Shown piece after piece: positions 33,662 to 42,678 of a stretch of 49,045 nt of DNA. This stretch comes from Klebsiella pneumoniae (lineage in GTDB: Bacteria > Myxococcota_A > UBA796 > SXON01), in assembly GCA_945867435.1 (NCBI GenBank), contig CAMBIK010000002.1, forward strand, positions 1 to 49,045, written 5' to 3'. Below the pieces are notes generated by a model. It made no database searches and was not told where the DNA came from. It was given only the letters and a program-made list of their open reading frames with translations. Positions within the stretch are counted from its first letter, which is position 1; every line of letters begins with the position of its first letter. The position numbers and the translations under genes were made by a program.

Positions 33662-34146
33662 TTCTTCCCCGCCCCGGCGAAGCCGATGGACACTGGGTTG
33701 ACCACGAGCTCGCCGTCGAGCATGCGGTATTCTTCTGTGACGATCACCCCGTTTTCAGAGATGGAGGTCACCTTGCCCCAGTTGGTGCCCACGTACGTTC
33801 CTTGACGAGCCACATGGCCGGTTCCCTCGGGATCGACGAGCAGGGCGCGAGGTGCATCGATGTTCCAGATGACGCCGCTGAGCACGAATCGGTCGGTGCC
33901 CCAACGTTGGAGCGGCGGGGCATCCGGCAATACGGCGGTTGCGGAGGCAGCACGCGCCAGGAAGCTGCTGAACGGATCTCGCTTCCCTGCGGGGTTGTAG
34001 AACCATTCTTCGGTGGCTGATGCCGCCGTTTCGGCCGCAGTCGATTTCGGTGCCTTTTGTGGCACCGGCGCGGTGGCCACGCCTGCGTCCAGGGATTCCC
34101 CGCAGGCGCACAGCAGGATCAACACGAGCGACGAGGAGAGCTTCAT
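33658..34146 (-). CDS. pilP: Type IV pilus lipoprotein PilP
   Basis: Lipobox: MKLSSSLVLILLCAC. PilP-type C-terminus: RFVLSGVIWNIDAPRALLVDPEGTGHVARQGTYVG. It sits between pilO and pilQ. Confidence 0.88.
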   Translation of the reverse strand: MKLSSSLVLILLCACGESLDAGVATAPVPQKAPKSTAAETAASATEEWFYNPAGKRDPFSSFLARAASATAVLPDAPPLQRWGTDRFVLSGVIWNIDAPRALLVDPEGTGHVARQGTYVGTNWGKVTSISENGVIVTEEYRMLDGELVVNPVSIGFAGAGKK

Positions 34147-34769
34147 GCGCCCCCCTTGTTCTTCTTCTTGTCGTTCGTTGCCTTCGCCTGTTTGATCTCG
34201 TCTTCGGTCAGGAAGCGGTAGGTCACCACCTTCCCCTCGATGGTAAGTGTGGTTTCGGCACCGGCTTCCTTGGGTTCCACCATCTCAATGTCTTCGACGG
34301 ACACGATGCGGCCCATCTTGCCCACTCGGTCGAAGAAGATCGCAACCTCATGAAAGCCGCCTTCCATCACGATCTGCACCGGCACTTCGGCGTAGTATTC
34401 GCGGGTCAGTTCGGGTAGAGGTTGGAATTTGCGAACTTCAAGTCCAGATTTCCTTGCCAAGGCATCGATTTCGCTCAGCAGTCCGGGGATCTCGCGATCG
34501 TTCGGAAGTTCCTTCAGGGCCTGCTTGAGATCGGCTGTGAGCTGTTCCAGTTCGCTTTCGAACGCACCGCGGTTAGCGGCGCGGGCCTTTACCTCGTCTC
34601 GCTTTACGCGCAGGGAATCGCGCTGAGCGGAGGATGAAGAGATGCTGTCCATCGCAGGTACGATCAGCGAAAAGAACAGCATGACGACGAGGAGCAGGTA
34701 GCTGACCCCGTACACGACCACGCGCTGCGATCGTGGCAGGCGCGCGAGCCGCTCGAGAATTTGGCTCAT
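34143..34769 (-). CDS. pilO: Type IV pilus assembly protein PilO
   Basis: Single TM, then a coiled coil. Motif: IPGLLSEIDALARKSGLEVRKFQPLPE. ATGA overlaps at both ends. Confidence 0.9.
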   Translation of the reverse strand: MSQILERLARLPRSQRVVVYGVSYLLLVVMLFFSLIVPAMDSISSSSAQRDSLRVKRDEVKARAANRGAFESELEQLTADLKQALKELPNDREIPGLLSEIDALARKSGLEVRKFQPLPELTREYYAEVPVQIVMEGGFHEVAIFFDRVGKMGRIVSVEDIEMVEPKEAGAETTLTIEGKVVTYRFLTEDEIKQAKATNDKKKNKGGA

Positions 34770-35491
34770 GGGGTCGCTCCTGCGGCGGGAGGTGCGGCCG
34801 CGGGTGCGGCGGGCGCGGCCGCAGGTACGGCTGCCGGACCCGGCGCGGCTGGGTTGGCCGCCGCCGCGGGTGCAGGAAGGGCAGCACCGGCGGGAGCCGC
34901 TGCCCCGGCGGGAGCCGGCAAGTCAGGTGTTTTGGCGGCTCGAGCGATTCGCCGCGCGGTGAGCGAGAATTTCTTCAGCACGACCGTCGCGCTTCCTTGC
35001 TTGATGTCCAGCGCCTCGATGTCCTGCAGGTACACCTGTTCGACGTAGTCGCTGGCTTCTAGCGCCCGGAGGAACTGGCTGATCACTTCGTTGCTGACCG
35101 CGACCCCCACGATGTTCATGGCACCGCCATGTTCACGGACTTCGGTGAGCTGCAGTTTTTCGGGAGCGGCCAACGCCAGCTCATCGAGCATGTGGGCCGG
35201 ACCGGACTTCCGTGAGCGGAGGTCGTCGATGACCGCGAGCTTCCTTTCCAGCTCTGCCTTGAACTTCTCCATTTCGTCGACGCGCTGCACGTCCTCTGCG
35301 AGCTTGGAGATTTCGGCGTTAAGAGTTTCGTTGTCGGACTTGACCTTGGACAGGCGGATGCCGAGCCCCGCCCAAACGACCAAGCAGCCGCCCAGGATGA
35401 TCGCGCCGAACAGGCCCGCGAGAACGGCCTCTCTGCGCAGCGACTCTGCCTTCCGGGTCTGCCGGACGGGAAGAAGATTTATTCTGATCAT
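34766..35491 (-). CDS. pilN: Type IV pilus assembly protein PilN with an Ala/Pro-rich C-terminal tail
   Basis: ATG 35491 overlaps the pilM stop and gives MIRINLLPVRQTRK. TM: AVLAGLFGAIILGG. The tail runs PAPAGAAAPAGAALPAPAAAANPAAPGPAAVPAAAPAAPAAAPPAAG. Confidence 0.9.
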   Translation of the reverse strand: MIRINLLPVRQTRKAESLRREAVLAGLFGAIILGGCLVVWAGLGIRLSKVKSDNETLNAEISKLAEDVQRVDEMEKFKAELERKLAVIDDLRSRKSGPAHMLDELALAAPEKLQLTEVREHGGAMNIVGVAVSNEVISQFLRALEASDYVEQVYLQDIEALDIKQGSATVVLKKFSLTARRIARAAKTPDLPAPAGAAAPAGAALPAPAAAANPAAPGPAAVPAAAPAAPAAAPPAAGATP

Positions 35492-36585
35492 TTGTCGTCT
35501 CCCCGACGCAGACCGAGGCCGACCGCGATCGCCGCCTGGCCGGCTACGTCGTGCAGGAAGCGGGGATTGAAGGCCCGCTCGTCGACTGAGATCCGACGGA
35601 AGGGATCCACAAGGGTGACTTGAGCGTTGCACACGCGTTCGATGGCTGTAGCCAACCCTGGCGTGCGCGCCGCACCGCCCGACAGGTAGACCCCCCCTAG
35701 CGGAGTGCCGCCCGAAGTGGAGAGGAAGAAGTCGAGTGAGCGATGGATCTCGGTGGCGATGTTGTCGGACACGCCGGACAGGACGCGTTCCACTTCTTCG
35801 GGCACCACGGCTGCGCGGTCGCGCTCGTTGCCGCCTACCTTCAGCGCCTCCGCCTCTTCAAAGCTCACGTTGAGCGTCCGTTGAATCTCTTCCGTGTACA
35901 GGCGGCCACCCATGCCCACGTCGCGCGTGAAGGCACTGGTGCCCCCTCGAAGTACGTTGATGTTCACGCTGGCGGCACCCACATTGACCAGCGCCACCGG
36001 CTGGGGGCCGACGTCGTAGTTCAGGGTGAACATGTTCTCCAAGGCGAACGCGGCCACATCGATCACAGCGGGGCGGAGCCCGGCCTCAAACAAGAGCGCG
36101 CTGTATTCGTTGATCAAGTCCTTCCGCGCCGCCACCAGCAAGACTTCCATCTGCCCGGCTTCATCTGCGTGCTGGCTAAGGATGTGAACATCAATGTTCA
36201 CGTCGTTTACATCGAAGGGGATGTACTGTTCCGCCTCCCATGTGATGGATTCCTCGAGTTCATCCCGCGACATTTGCGGCAGGGGGATGCGCTTGATGAT
36301 CACGGAGTTGCCGGACACGGCCACGCACGCATCCTTCGTCTTGACCTTGTGCCGAGCCAGAAGCTCCCGGATGGTCGCCACGATGGCGCTCGTGTTCATG
36401 AAGGCTCCGTCTACAACGGCTTCGGGCGGCAAAGGAGCCGCACCAAAGTGTTTTAGACGATACTTCCCGGATTTCTCGAGTTCGAGTTCAAGCAGCTTGA
36501 CGTGGCTGGAGCCGATATCAAGCGCAACAGCGCTACGGGAACGGGCGAGCAAAGCCAACGGGTGAATCCTTCGAGGCGTGGCCAT
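35488..36585 (-). CDS. pilM: Type IV pilus assembly ATPase-like protein PilM (actin-like fold)
   Basis: VALDIGSSHVKLLELE. 365 aa. It is the first gene of the pilMNOPQ order. Confidence 0.93.
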   Translation of the reverse strand: MATPRRIHPLALLARSRSAVALDIGSSHVKLLELELEKSGKYRLKHFGAAPLPPEAVVDGAFMNTSAIVATIRELLARHKVKTKDACVAVSGNSVIIKRIPLPQMSRDELEESITWEAEQYIPFDVNDVNIDVHILSQHADEAGQMEVLLVAARKDLINEYSALLFEAGLRPAVIDVAAFALENMFTLNYDVGPQPVALVNVGAASVNINVLRGGTSAFTRDVGMGGRLYTEEIQRTLNVSFEEAEALKVGGNERDRAAVVPEEVERVLSGVSDNIATEIHRSLDFFLSTSGGTPLGGVYLSGGAARTPGLATAIERVCNAQVTLVDPFRRISVDERAFNPRFLHDVAGQAAIAVGLGLRRGDDK

Positions 36586-36632
36586 GCTACCAGAATGCGG
36601 GGGCTGTGGTCAACGCGGCGGAGCGATGGGGT

Positions 36633-39464
36633 ATGGAGGTCGGCGTGAGGATGACTGTCGGACCTGCTGTCGCCACCGCAAGCGCGGCCCTCGCGGTCGG
36701 TGCAGCGATGGGGCTGGCAGCACGCCTCGGCGGTACGCTTTGGGCGAGTGCGCCGGTGCCGGCGCTGATCTCGGCGGCCCTTGCCCTGGTCGTTGTCAGC
36801 GCGGTTCCGACCCGAGGCGCTCGCTGGAGCTTCGCCGCTCTTGGTGTGGGTATTTCCGCCTTTATGGCGGCACTTCCAACGGTGGTCGAGCCTGGCGTGA
36901 ACCTGGAGTTGGCGGCGAAACTGGCGCCCTGCTTGGCCGGGTTGGGGGCGGGACTGGTGTGTGCTCCAGCCGCTCCCGCGCTGGCGCGGTTTGCGGCCCC
37001 TTGTTCGCTCCTGGCTGCATTTGGATGGGCTGCGGCGATGGCCAGCCCGGTAGCCGTCGGCGGGGCGCTCTTGACACTCGGGGTCGTAATTGCGTCCCGC
37101 GTGGAGCCAACGCTGAGAAGTTTAGGGCTGCGCCGGACGATGATTTCTGTTTTCCCTGCGCTGTTCTGTGCCATGCTCGGCGGAGTTGTAGCAGCGCTTT
37201 TCCTGGTGCTCCGGCCCGCTCACGGACCTGTACCATCATCGACAATTCTGTTGGTTTTAGGCTCTATTATCGCTACAGGCGCACCCCGTTCCGGGTGGCT
37301 TGCGTTCGCCGGCATCGGGGTGGCGGGGGCTGCGGCGGCTTCGGCTCTCACGAGCAGCGGGTGGTTGCCTGCATCGGCGTTGTTTCTTGCGCTGGGCGCG
37401 GCCCCGGTCCTTTGCGCACGCGCAGTAGGGGTCGGTTTAGAAGCATGCTTTTTACCAGTTCTCGCCGTTCTGTTCGCACTCCCTCTGGCGCGCGCCATGC
37501 CAAAGGATTGGCAGGCCCACGGAGCCCGAGCGGAAGCAGCCCTGCCTGCAGAGGCTTCGTTGCGCGACCGGATCGGCACCCTTCGCTCCGGCGCGCCGCT
37601 GCGAACCTCGTGGGGATGGTGGGGCGCCAGCCAGGTGTGGGGCTCCCCCGGGGTCGGCCTGGTGGAGTTGGATGGGTCGGTGGCCGGGAGTTCAGGGCGC
37701 GCCCGCGCCGCGGAGCGGCTGGGGGGAACGCTGGCCGGTTGCGCCGCCTCCGGACTTGCGCGCGGGCCGGGAGACAGGAGTGCGCGTGTTGTGGGGGACG
37801 ACTTCGGGCGCGTTGCCGTTTCATTGCGCGAACAGGGTTTCGGAAGGATCGATGTGGCGATGCCTGACGCGGCGCTGGCAGACGTGCTCGCTACTGCCGA
37901 CGAGGGCGCACGCCGGGCCTGGCTCTCGACGGAAGCACGGCTGCTGCGTGTGCCGCCTCGCGCCCTCCTGCGCGCTCGGGGAGAGGTAGATGCGGTGGTG
38001 GAGGTCGTTCGGGTGGGGTGGCACGACGGGCGGACGGCGTGGCCGACATCGTGGCACATTGAGGCGGCAGCGAAGCATGTGGCGAAGGGGGGGACCCATG
38101 TGCTGGTGCTCCCTGGCGTAGGGGTGGATGCGTCGGTGATCGCTGGCGCGGTGCGGCAGTTTGGGGAGGTGTGGCCGGTGGTGGGGGTGTTCGCGGCACC
38201 TCAGGGCGCAGAGCACCTCATCCTGGTCGGCTCGACGCTGGCCATCCCCTGGTCGGGGGTGGAGCGATGCCACGCGTCCGCGGCGTGGTTGAGGGGCGAT
38301 GGCGTGGCAAGCGCCCTCGATCTCGGCAGCCTCGCGTTGGGGGACCACCACATGGCTCGGGCGATCGAATCCCACGCGGTTCCCGGCGTAGGGCTGCCTT
38401 CGGAGCCGGCTTTGCTCCCCGTGGCTGGCTTGCTCAGCGACGCCAACGAGAGCGAGCACGTCTTCGGGGGGAACGTTCCTGCCTCGCTCGTCGAGCGCCA
38501 GACTACGCGCCGCTCGGCGATGGCGGTGCTGCTCGCGGGTGCCGGCGGCGATGTGCGCGCCGCGGTGGAGCGTGCTCGTGAGTTGGCCGACCAGCCGGGA
38601 GCCGGTGCCGCCATCGATCCGGTGATCGCTCCGATGCTCGACCGAGCGCGGGCGGCCGCCACCGCGGCGCGGGCCGAGGGTTCGGACTCCCCGAGATGGG
38701 CGGAGGCCGACGCATCCATCGAAGCCGCTCTGCTGATGAACCCGGCCTCCGCTGCGGCGCGGTGCCTGCGCGGCGACATCGCGATGCTGAGGCGCCGGGT
38801 GGACGAAGCGGCCCGCTGGTACGGGGAGTGCGCCGACCGCGAGCCGGAGAGCGCGGCCCCGTGGGAGGGGCTGGCGCGAGCCCGCATGATCCAAGGCGAT
38901 GAGGAGGCTGCGGAAGAGGCGTTCCGGGCGGCCGTGAGGGTCGCGCCTGCTTCGTGGCCGGCTGCGTTGAACCTCGGCGTTTTTCTACGAGGACGCGGGG
39001 AGGTCGAGGAAGCGGAAACCTGGCTTCGTCGGGCGGAGGAACGATCGGCCACCTCCACCGAGACCGGGCGAACGCGGCCTCATTTGGCCCTCGCCATGCT
39101 CTATCTTCAGACCTCGAGGCCGATGCTTGCCCTCGCGGAGGCGCGGCGTGCGGAAGTCGACGAGAGTACGGCTGACTCGGCGTACTGGACCGCCGCAGCT
39201 CAATACGAATTGCAGGCATGGTCCGAGTCTGAAGCCGGTTTTCGGCTCGCGCTGGCGCGGCGTGCTGGCTTCGTCGAGGCCCAGAACGGGCTGGGGTTGT
39301 GTCTGGCGCGCCGGCATGATTACGGCGGCGCGGCTTCGGCCTTTCGCGACGTTCTCGCCCGCGATCCGAAGAATTCCGTGGCGCGGGAAAAGCTGGACTT
39401 GTTGAGGCCGATCCTTGGGAAGCAAGAGGCCGCGGTTCCGGGCCCTGCGCCGGAAGAGCGATAA
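36633..39464 (+). CDS. Polytopic membrane protein with a cytoplasmic/periplasmic middle region (possibly spermidine-synthase-like, degenerate) and C-terminal TPR repeats
   Basis: The first ~300 aa form Ala/Gly/Leu-rich TM segments. The C-terminal ~300 aa are TPR-like (ALLMNPASAAARCLRGDIAMLRRRVDEAARWYGECADREPESAAP...). The start is uncertain: GTG 36606, ATG 36633 or ATG 36651. The competing frame 36578-37867 is rejected because it is Arg/Cys/Gly-rich. Confidence 0.65.
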   Translation: MEVGVRMTVGPAVATASAALAVGAAMGLAARLGGTLWASAPVPALISAALALVVVSAVPTRGARWSFAALGVGISAFMAALPTVVEPGVNLELAAKLAPCLAGLGAGLVCAPAAPALARFAAPCSLLAAFGWAAAMASPVAVGGALLTLGVVIASRVEPTLRSLGLRRTMISVFPALFCAMLGGVVAALFLVLRPAHGPVPSSTILLVLGSIIATGAPRSGWLAFAGIGVAGAAAASALTSSGWLPASALFLALGAAPVLCARAVGVGLEACFLPVLAVLFALPLARAMPKDWQAHGARAEAALPAEASLRDRIGTLRSGAPLRTSWGWWGASQVWGSPGVGLVELDGSVAGSSGRARAAERLGGTLAGCAASGLARGPGDRSARVVGDDFGRVAVSLREQGFGRIDVAMPDAALADVLATADEGARRAWLSTEARLLRVPPRALLRARGEVDAVVEVVRVGWHDGRTAWPTSWHIEAAAKHVAKGGTHVLVLPGVGVDASVIAGAVRQFGEVWPVVGVFAAPQGAEHLILVGSTLAIPWSGVERCHASAAWLRGDGVASALDLGSLALGDHHMARAIESHAVPGVGLPSEPALLPVAGLLSDANESEHVFGGNVPASLVERQTTRRSAMAVLLAGAGGDVRAAVERARELADQPGAGAAIDPVIAPMLDRARAAATAARAEGSDSPRWAEADASIEAALLMNPASAAARCLRGDIAMLRRRVDEAARWYGECADREPESAAPWEGLARARMIQGDEEAAEEAFRAAVRVAPASWPAALNLGVFLRGRGEVEEAETWLRRAEERSATSTETGRTRPHLALAMLYLQTSRPMLALAEARRAEVDESTADSAYWTAAAQYELQAWSESEAGFRLALARRAGFVEAQNGLGLCLARRHDYGGAASAFRDVLARDPKNSVAREKLDLLRPILGKQEAAVPGPAPEER

Positions 39465-39542
39465 GCGGCTGCCCTCGCCGGCAGGAGGCGGCGCGTTGGG
39501 GTCCAAGGCGTTATCCGCCGCCCCTTCCGAGCCACGTCGTCC

Positions 39543-42500
39543 ATGATCACTGACCTCATCCGCCGCGTCATCGGGTCCCCCGCCGAGCGGCTCATCAAGA
39601 AGATGCAGCCGAACGTGGTGCGCATCAACGATCTGGAAGCGCGGTTCAAGCCGATGACCGACGAGGCGCTGCGAGCGTGCACGGCCGAGTTCAAGGCGAG
39701 GATCGAGAACGGTCAACCGCTGGATGAACTGCTTCCCGAGGCGTTCGCGGTGGTGCGCGAGGCCGGGCGCCGCACGATGGAGATGCGCCACTTCGACGTG
39801 CAGTTGATCGGCGGTCAGGTGCTTCACCGCGGCATGGTCTCCGAGATGCGGACTGGCGAGGGTAAGACCCTGGTCGCCACCCTTCCGGTCTACCTGAACG
39901 CGCTTAGCGGAAAGGGCGTCCACGTCGTGACCGTGAACGACTACCTTGCGAATCGCGACGCGGAGTGGATGGGAAGGATCTACGGTGCGCTCGGGCTTTC
40001 GGTGGGTACCGTGCTGAGCGCAGTTCGCGACGAGGCGTCGAAGCGGGCTGGCTACGGGTGCGACATCACCTACGGGACCAACAACGAGTACGGCTTCGAC
40101 TATCTGCGCGACAACATGAAGTTCTCGATCGAGCAGTATGTCCAGCGTGGGCACCACTTTGCCATCGTTGACGAGGTCGATTCCATCCTCATCGACGAGG
40201 CGAGAACCCCGCTGATCATCTCGGGTCCCACGGACGATACGGTCGACAAGTACGAGTTGGTCGACAGTGTGATCGGTGTGCTTCAGCGCGAGCTGGACTT
40301 CGTGGTGGAGGAAAAGCAGCGCCAGGTAAGCCTCACCGACGAAGGGGTGGACAAGCTGGAGTCCCGCTTGGGCATCGACAACATGTACGACCCCCACAAC
40401 ATGGAGGTCTTGCATCATGTAAGCCAGGCCTTGAAGGCGCACTACCTGTTCAAACGGGACAAGGACTATGTGGTTCAGCACGACCCGCGCTCGGGGGACA
40501 GCAAGCTCAAGGTCGTGATCGTGGACGAACACACGGGCCGCCTGATGTACGGTCGTCGCTGGTCCGACGGCCTTCATCAGGCCGTCGAGGCCAAGGAGCG
40601 CGTGACGGTTGAGGCGGAAAGCCAGACCTACGCCACGATCACCTTCCAGAATTACTTCAGGATGTACAAGAAGCTGGCCGGCATGACCGGCACGGCTGAG
40701 ACCGAGGCCGAGGAATTCGCCAAGATCTACAACCTCACCGTGGTTCCGATTCCGACCAACCGCACGGTGGCGCGGACCGACCAGCACGACATCGTCTACA
40801 AGTCGCAGGCTGAGAAGTTCAAGCGGGTCATGACCGAGCTGGAGGATTGCCACAAGCGCGGCCAGCCGGTGCTCGTGGGCACCACCAGCGTGGAGAAGTC
40901 CGAGCTGGTGCATCGCCTTCTCGAAAAGCGCGGCATCCCGCACGAGGTTCTCAACGCCAAGCAGCACGACCGGGAGGCGCTGATCATCGCGCAGGCCGGG
41001 CGCCGATGTGCGGTCACGATCTCGACCAACATGGCGGGGCGTGGCACCGACATCAAGCTGGGCGGGGATCCGGAAGGGCTCTCACGACTCGAACTCATCG
41101 ACCGGCGCACGAAGGGGGAAGAGGTGGAAGGCCTCTGGCCGCTTGAGTTGGAAGAGGCCGCGAAGCTGAAGGGCGCCCCTCCTCCCGGCCCCGACATTAC
41201 CCACCCCGAGTACCTCGCCACCCTCGCCCGGCATCGGCTGGAGTGTGAGGCGGAAAGGGAAGAAGTGCTTAAGGTGGGGGGCCTCCACATCCTCGGCACC
41301 GAGCGGCACGAGTCCCGACGTATTGACAACCAGCTTCGCGGGCGGTCCGGACGCCAGGGCGACCCGGGGTCTTCGCGGTTCTTCCTCTCGCTCGAAGATG
41401 ACTTGCTCCGCTTGTTCGGCTCTGACCGCACCGTGGTGTGGATGGAACGCATGGGCATGAAAGACGATGAGGCCATCGAACATCGCTGGGTCACAGGATC
41501 AATCGAGAACGCACAAAAGAAGGTTGAAGGCAACAACTTCAACATGCGGAAGAATCTACTTGAGTACGACGATGTCATGAACCTTCAGCGCAAGGCGGTC
41601 TACGAGCTGCGCCGGCGCGCGTTGCAGGGCGACAACATCCGCGGCATGATGCTGGAGAGCATTCGCGCGCTTGTGGACGATCTCGTTGGCGAGTTCCTGC
41701 CCCCAGGCTCCAAACACGCCGAGTGGAACACCTCGAAGTTCGTGGCGCGCTCGCAGGAGATTTTTGGGATCGTGTGGGAACAAACCCCTGAAGCCCTGCG
41801 GGAAGATGCCCGCCTTGAGCTCGCGGACCGTTTGCTTGCGAGTGCCACGGCCGCCTACGAGGCCCAGGAAGCGGCGATCGGCGCGGAGACGCTTCACCTC
41901 GCGGAACGCCAGGTGCTCTTGCAGCTTGCCGACCAGTTCTGGAAGGACCATCTGCTCGCGATGGACCGACTTCGCGACGGTGTTTCCCTGCGCGGCTACG
42001 GGCAGAAGAACCCCCTTCTTGAGTACAAGAAGGAAGGGTTCCACATGTTCCAGCTGATGCAGTCGTTGCGCGATGAGGCGGTCATCCAGCGCACGCTTCG
42101 GCTAGACCAGGACATGGCGGACCGGTTCGCTGCCGCGGCACGACCGCGGGTTCGGATCACGGCGGAAGACGTGGAACGCCAGATGGCAATGCAACGAGCG
42201 CGGTCGGAGGCCCAGGCCGCCGCTGCAATCGCGGCGCAGCCCGAGTTCTCCCCGCTCCCGGCGGCTCCGACCCGTGCGGCCCCTCGGGCCCCCCAAGCGG
42301 GTGCCGAAGCGAGGCTGGTCGCGTTCCAACTCGGGATCAGCCGGAACGATCCCTGCCCCTGCGGCAGCGGCCAGAAGTACAAGAAGTGCTGTTTCGACGC
42401 GAACGCGGAGCCGCCGCCGGCGGCCAGCGCGCTCGGGGACCTGGCCGCCGCCGCAGCAGCGATTGGGGTCAGCGCGCCGGCGGAGGCTCAGGAAGGCGGG

Positions 42501-42665
42501 GGCGCTCCGGAAGCGTCGGAGCCTGAGGACTCGGCGTTTTCCGGCGGCGGCTGGATGCCGGACGACGTGGGCGTCCTGGGCGGAGCGGCGGAAGCCGAGA
42601 GCGAAGCCGCGGCGTTGCCTGAGGCGCCGCCAGAGGGCGAGAAGGAACCGGAAGGAACGGTTTAG
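39543..42665 (+). CDS. secA: Preprotein translocase ATPase SecA, with a ~90-aa acidic Ala-rich extension after the C-terminal zinc finger
   Basis: MITDLIRRVIGSPAERLIKK...MRTGEGKTLVATLP (Walker A), DEVDSILIDEARTPLIISG. Zinc finger CPCGSGQKYKKCC at 42354-42392, followed by a tail to 42662. Confidence 0.97.
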   Translation: MITDLIRRVIGSPAERLIKKMQPNVVRINDLEARFKPMTDEALRACTAEFKARIENGQPLDELLPEAFAVVREAGRRTMEMRHFDVQLIGGQVLHRGMVSEMRTGEGKTLVATLPVYLNALSGKGVHVVTVNDYLANRDAEWMGRIYGALGLSVGTVLSAVRDEASKRAGYGCDITYGTNNEYGFDYLRDNMKFSIEQYVQRGHHFAIVDEVDSILIDEARTPLIISGPTDDTVDKYELVDSVIGVLQRELDFVVEEKQRQVSLTDEGVDKLESRLGIDNMYDPHNMEVLHHVSQALKAHYLFKRDKDYVVQHDPRSGDSKLKVVIVDEHTGRLMYGRRWSDGLHQAVEAKERVTVEAESQTYATITFQNYFRMYKKLAGMTGTAETEAEEFAKIYNLTVVPIPTNRTVARTDQHDIVYKSQAEKFKRVMTELEDCHKRGQPVLVGTTSVEKSELVHRLLEKRGIPHEVLNAKQHDREALIIAQAGRRCAVTISTNMAGRGTDIKLGGDPEGLSRLELIDRRTKGEEVEGLWPLELEEAAKLKGAPPPGPDITHPEYLATLARHRLECEAEREEVLKVGGLHILGTERHESRRIDNQLRGRSGRQGDPGSSRFFLSLEDDLLRLFGSDRTVVWMERMGMKDDEAIEHRWVTGSIENAQKKVEGNNFNMRKNLLEYDDVMNLQRKAVYELRRRALQGDNIRGMMLESIRALVDDLVGEFLPPGSKHAEWNTSKFVARSQEIFGIVWEQTPEALREDARLELADRLLASATAAYEAQEAAIGAETLHLAERQVLLQLADQFWKDHLLAMDRLRDGVSLRGYGQKNPLLEYKKEGFHMFQLMQSLRDEAVIQRTLRLDQDMADRFAAAARPRVRITAEDVERQMAMQRARSEAQAAAAIAAQPEFSPLPAAPTRAAPRAPQAGAEARLVAFQLGISRNDPCPCGSGQKYKKCCFDANAEPPPAASALGDLAAAAAAIGVSAPAEAQEGGGAPEASEPEDSAFSGGGWMPDDVGVLGGAAEAESEAAALPEAPPEGEKEPEGTV

Positions 42666-42678
42666 CGAAGGGGCCGCG

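Noticed and set aside
36578-37867. 429-aa plus-strand ORF competing with the 36606-39464 frame
   Set aside because: Its product is Arg/Cys/Gly-rich, whereas the other frame gives coherent TM helices followed by TPR repeats.
37220-39219. Several minus-strand ORFs (37220-38059, 37821-38894, 38201-39058, 38503-39219)
   Set aside because: They are antisense shadows of the membrane/TPR gene.
38985-40967. 660-aa minus-strand ORF
   Set aside because: It is antisense to secA, whose motifs are unmistakable on the plus strand. Its composition is the Arg/His/Val/Gly-rich pattern typical of shadow ORFs in GC-rich DNA.
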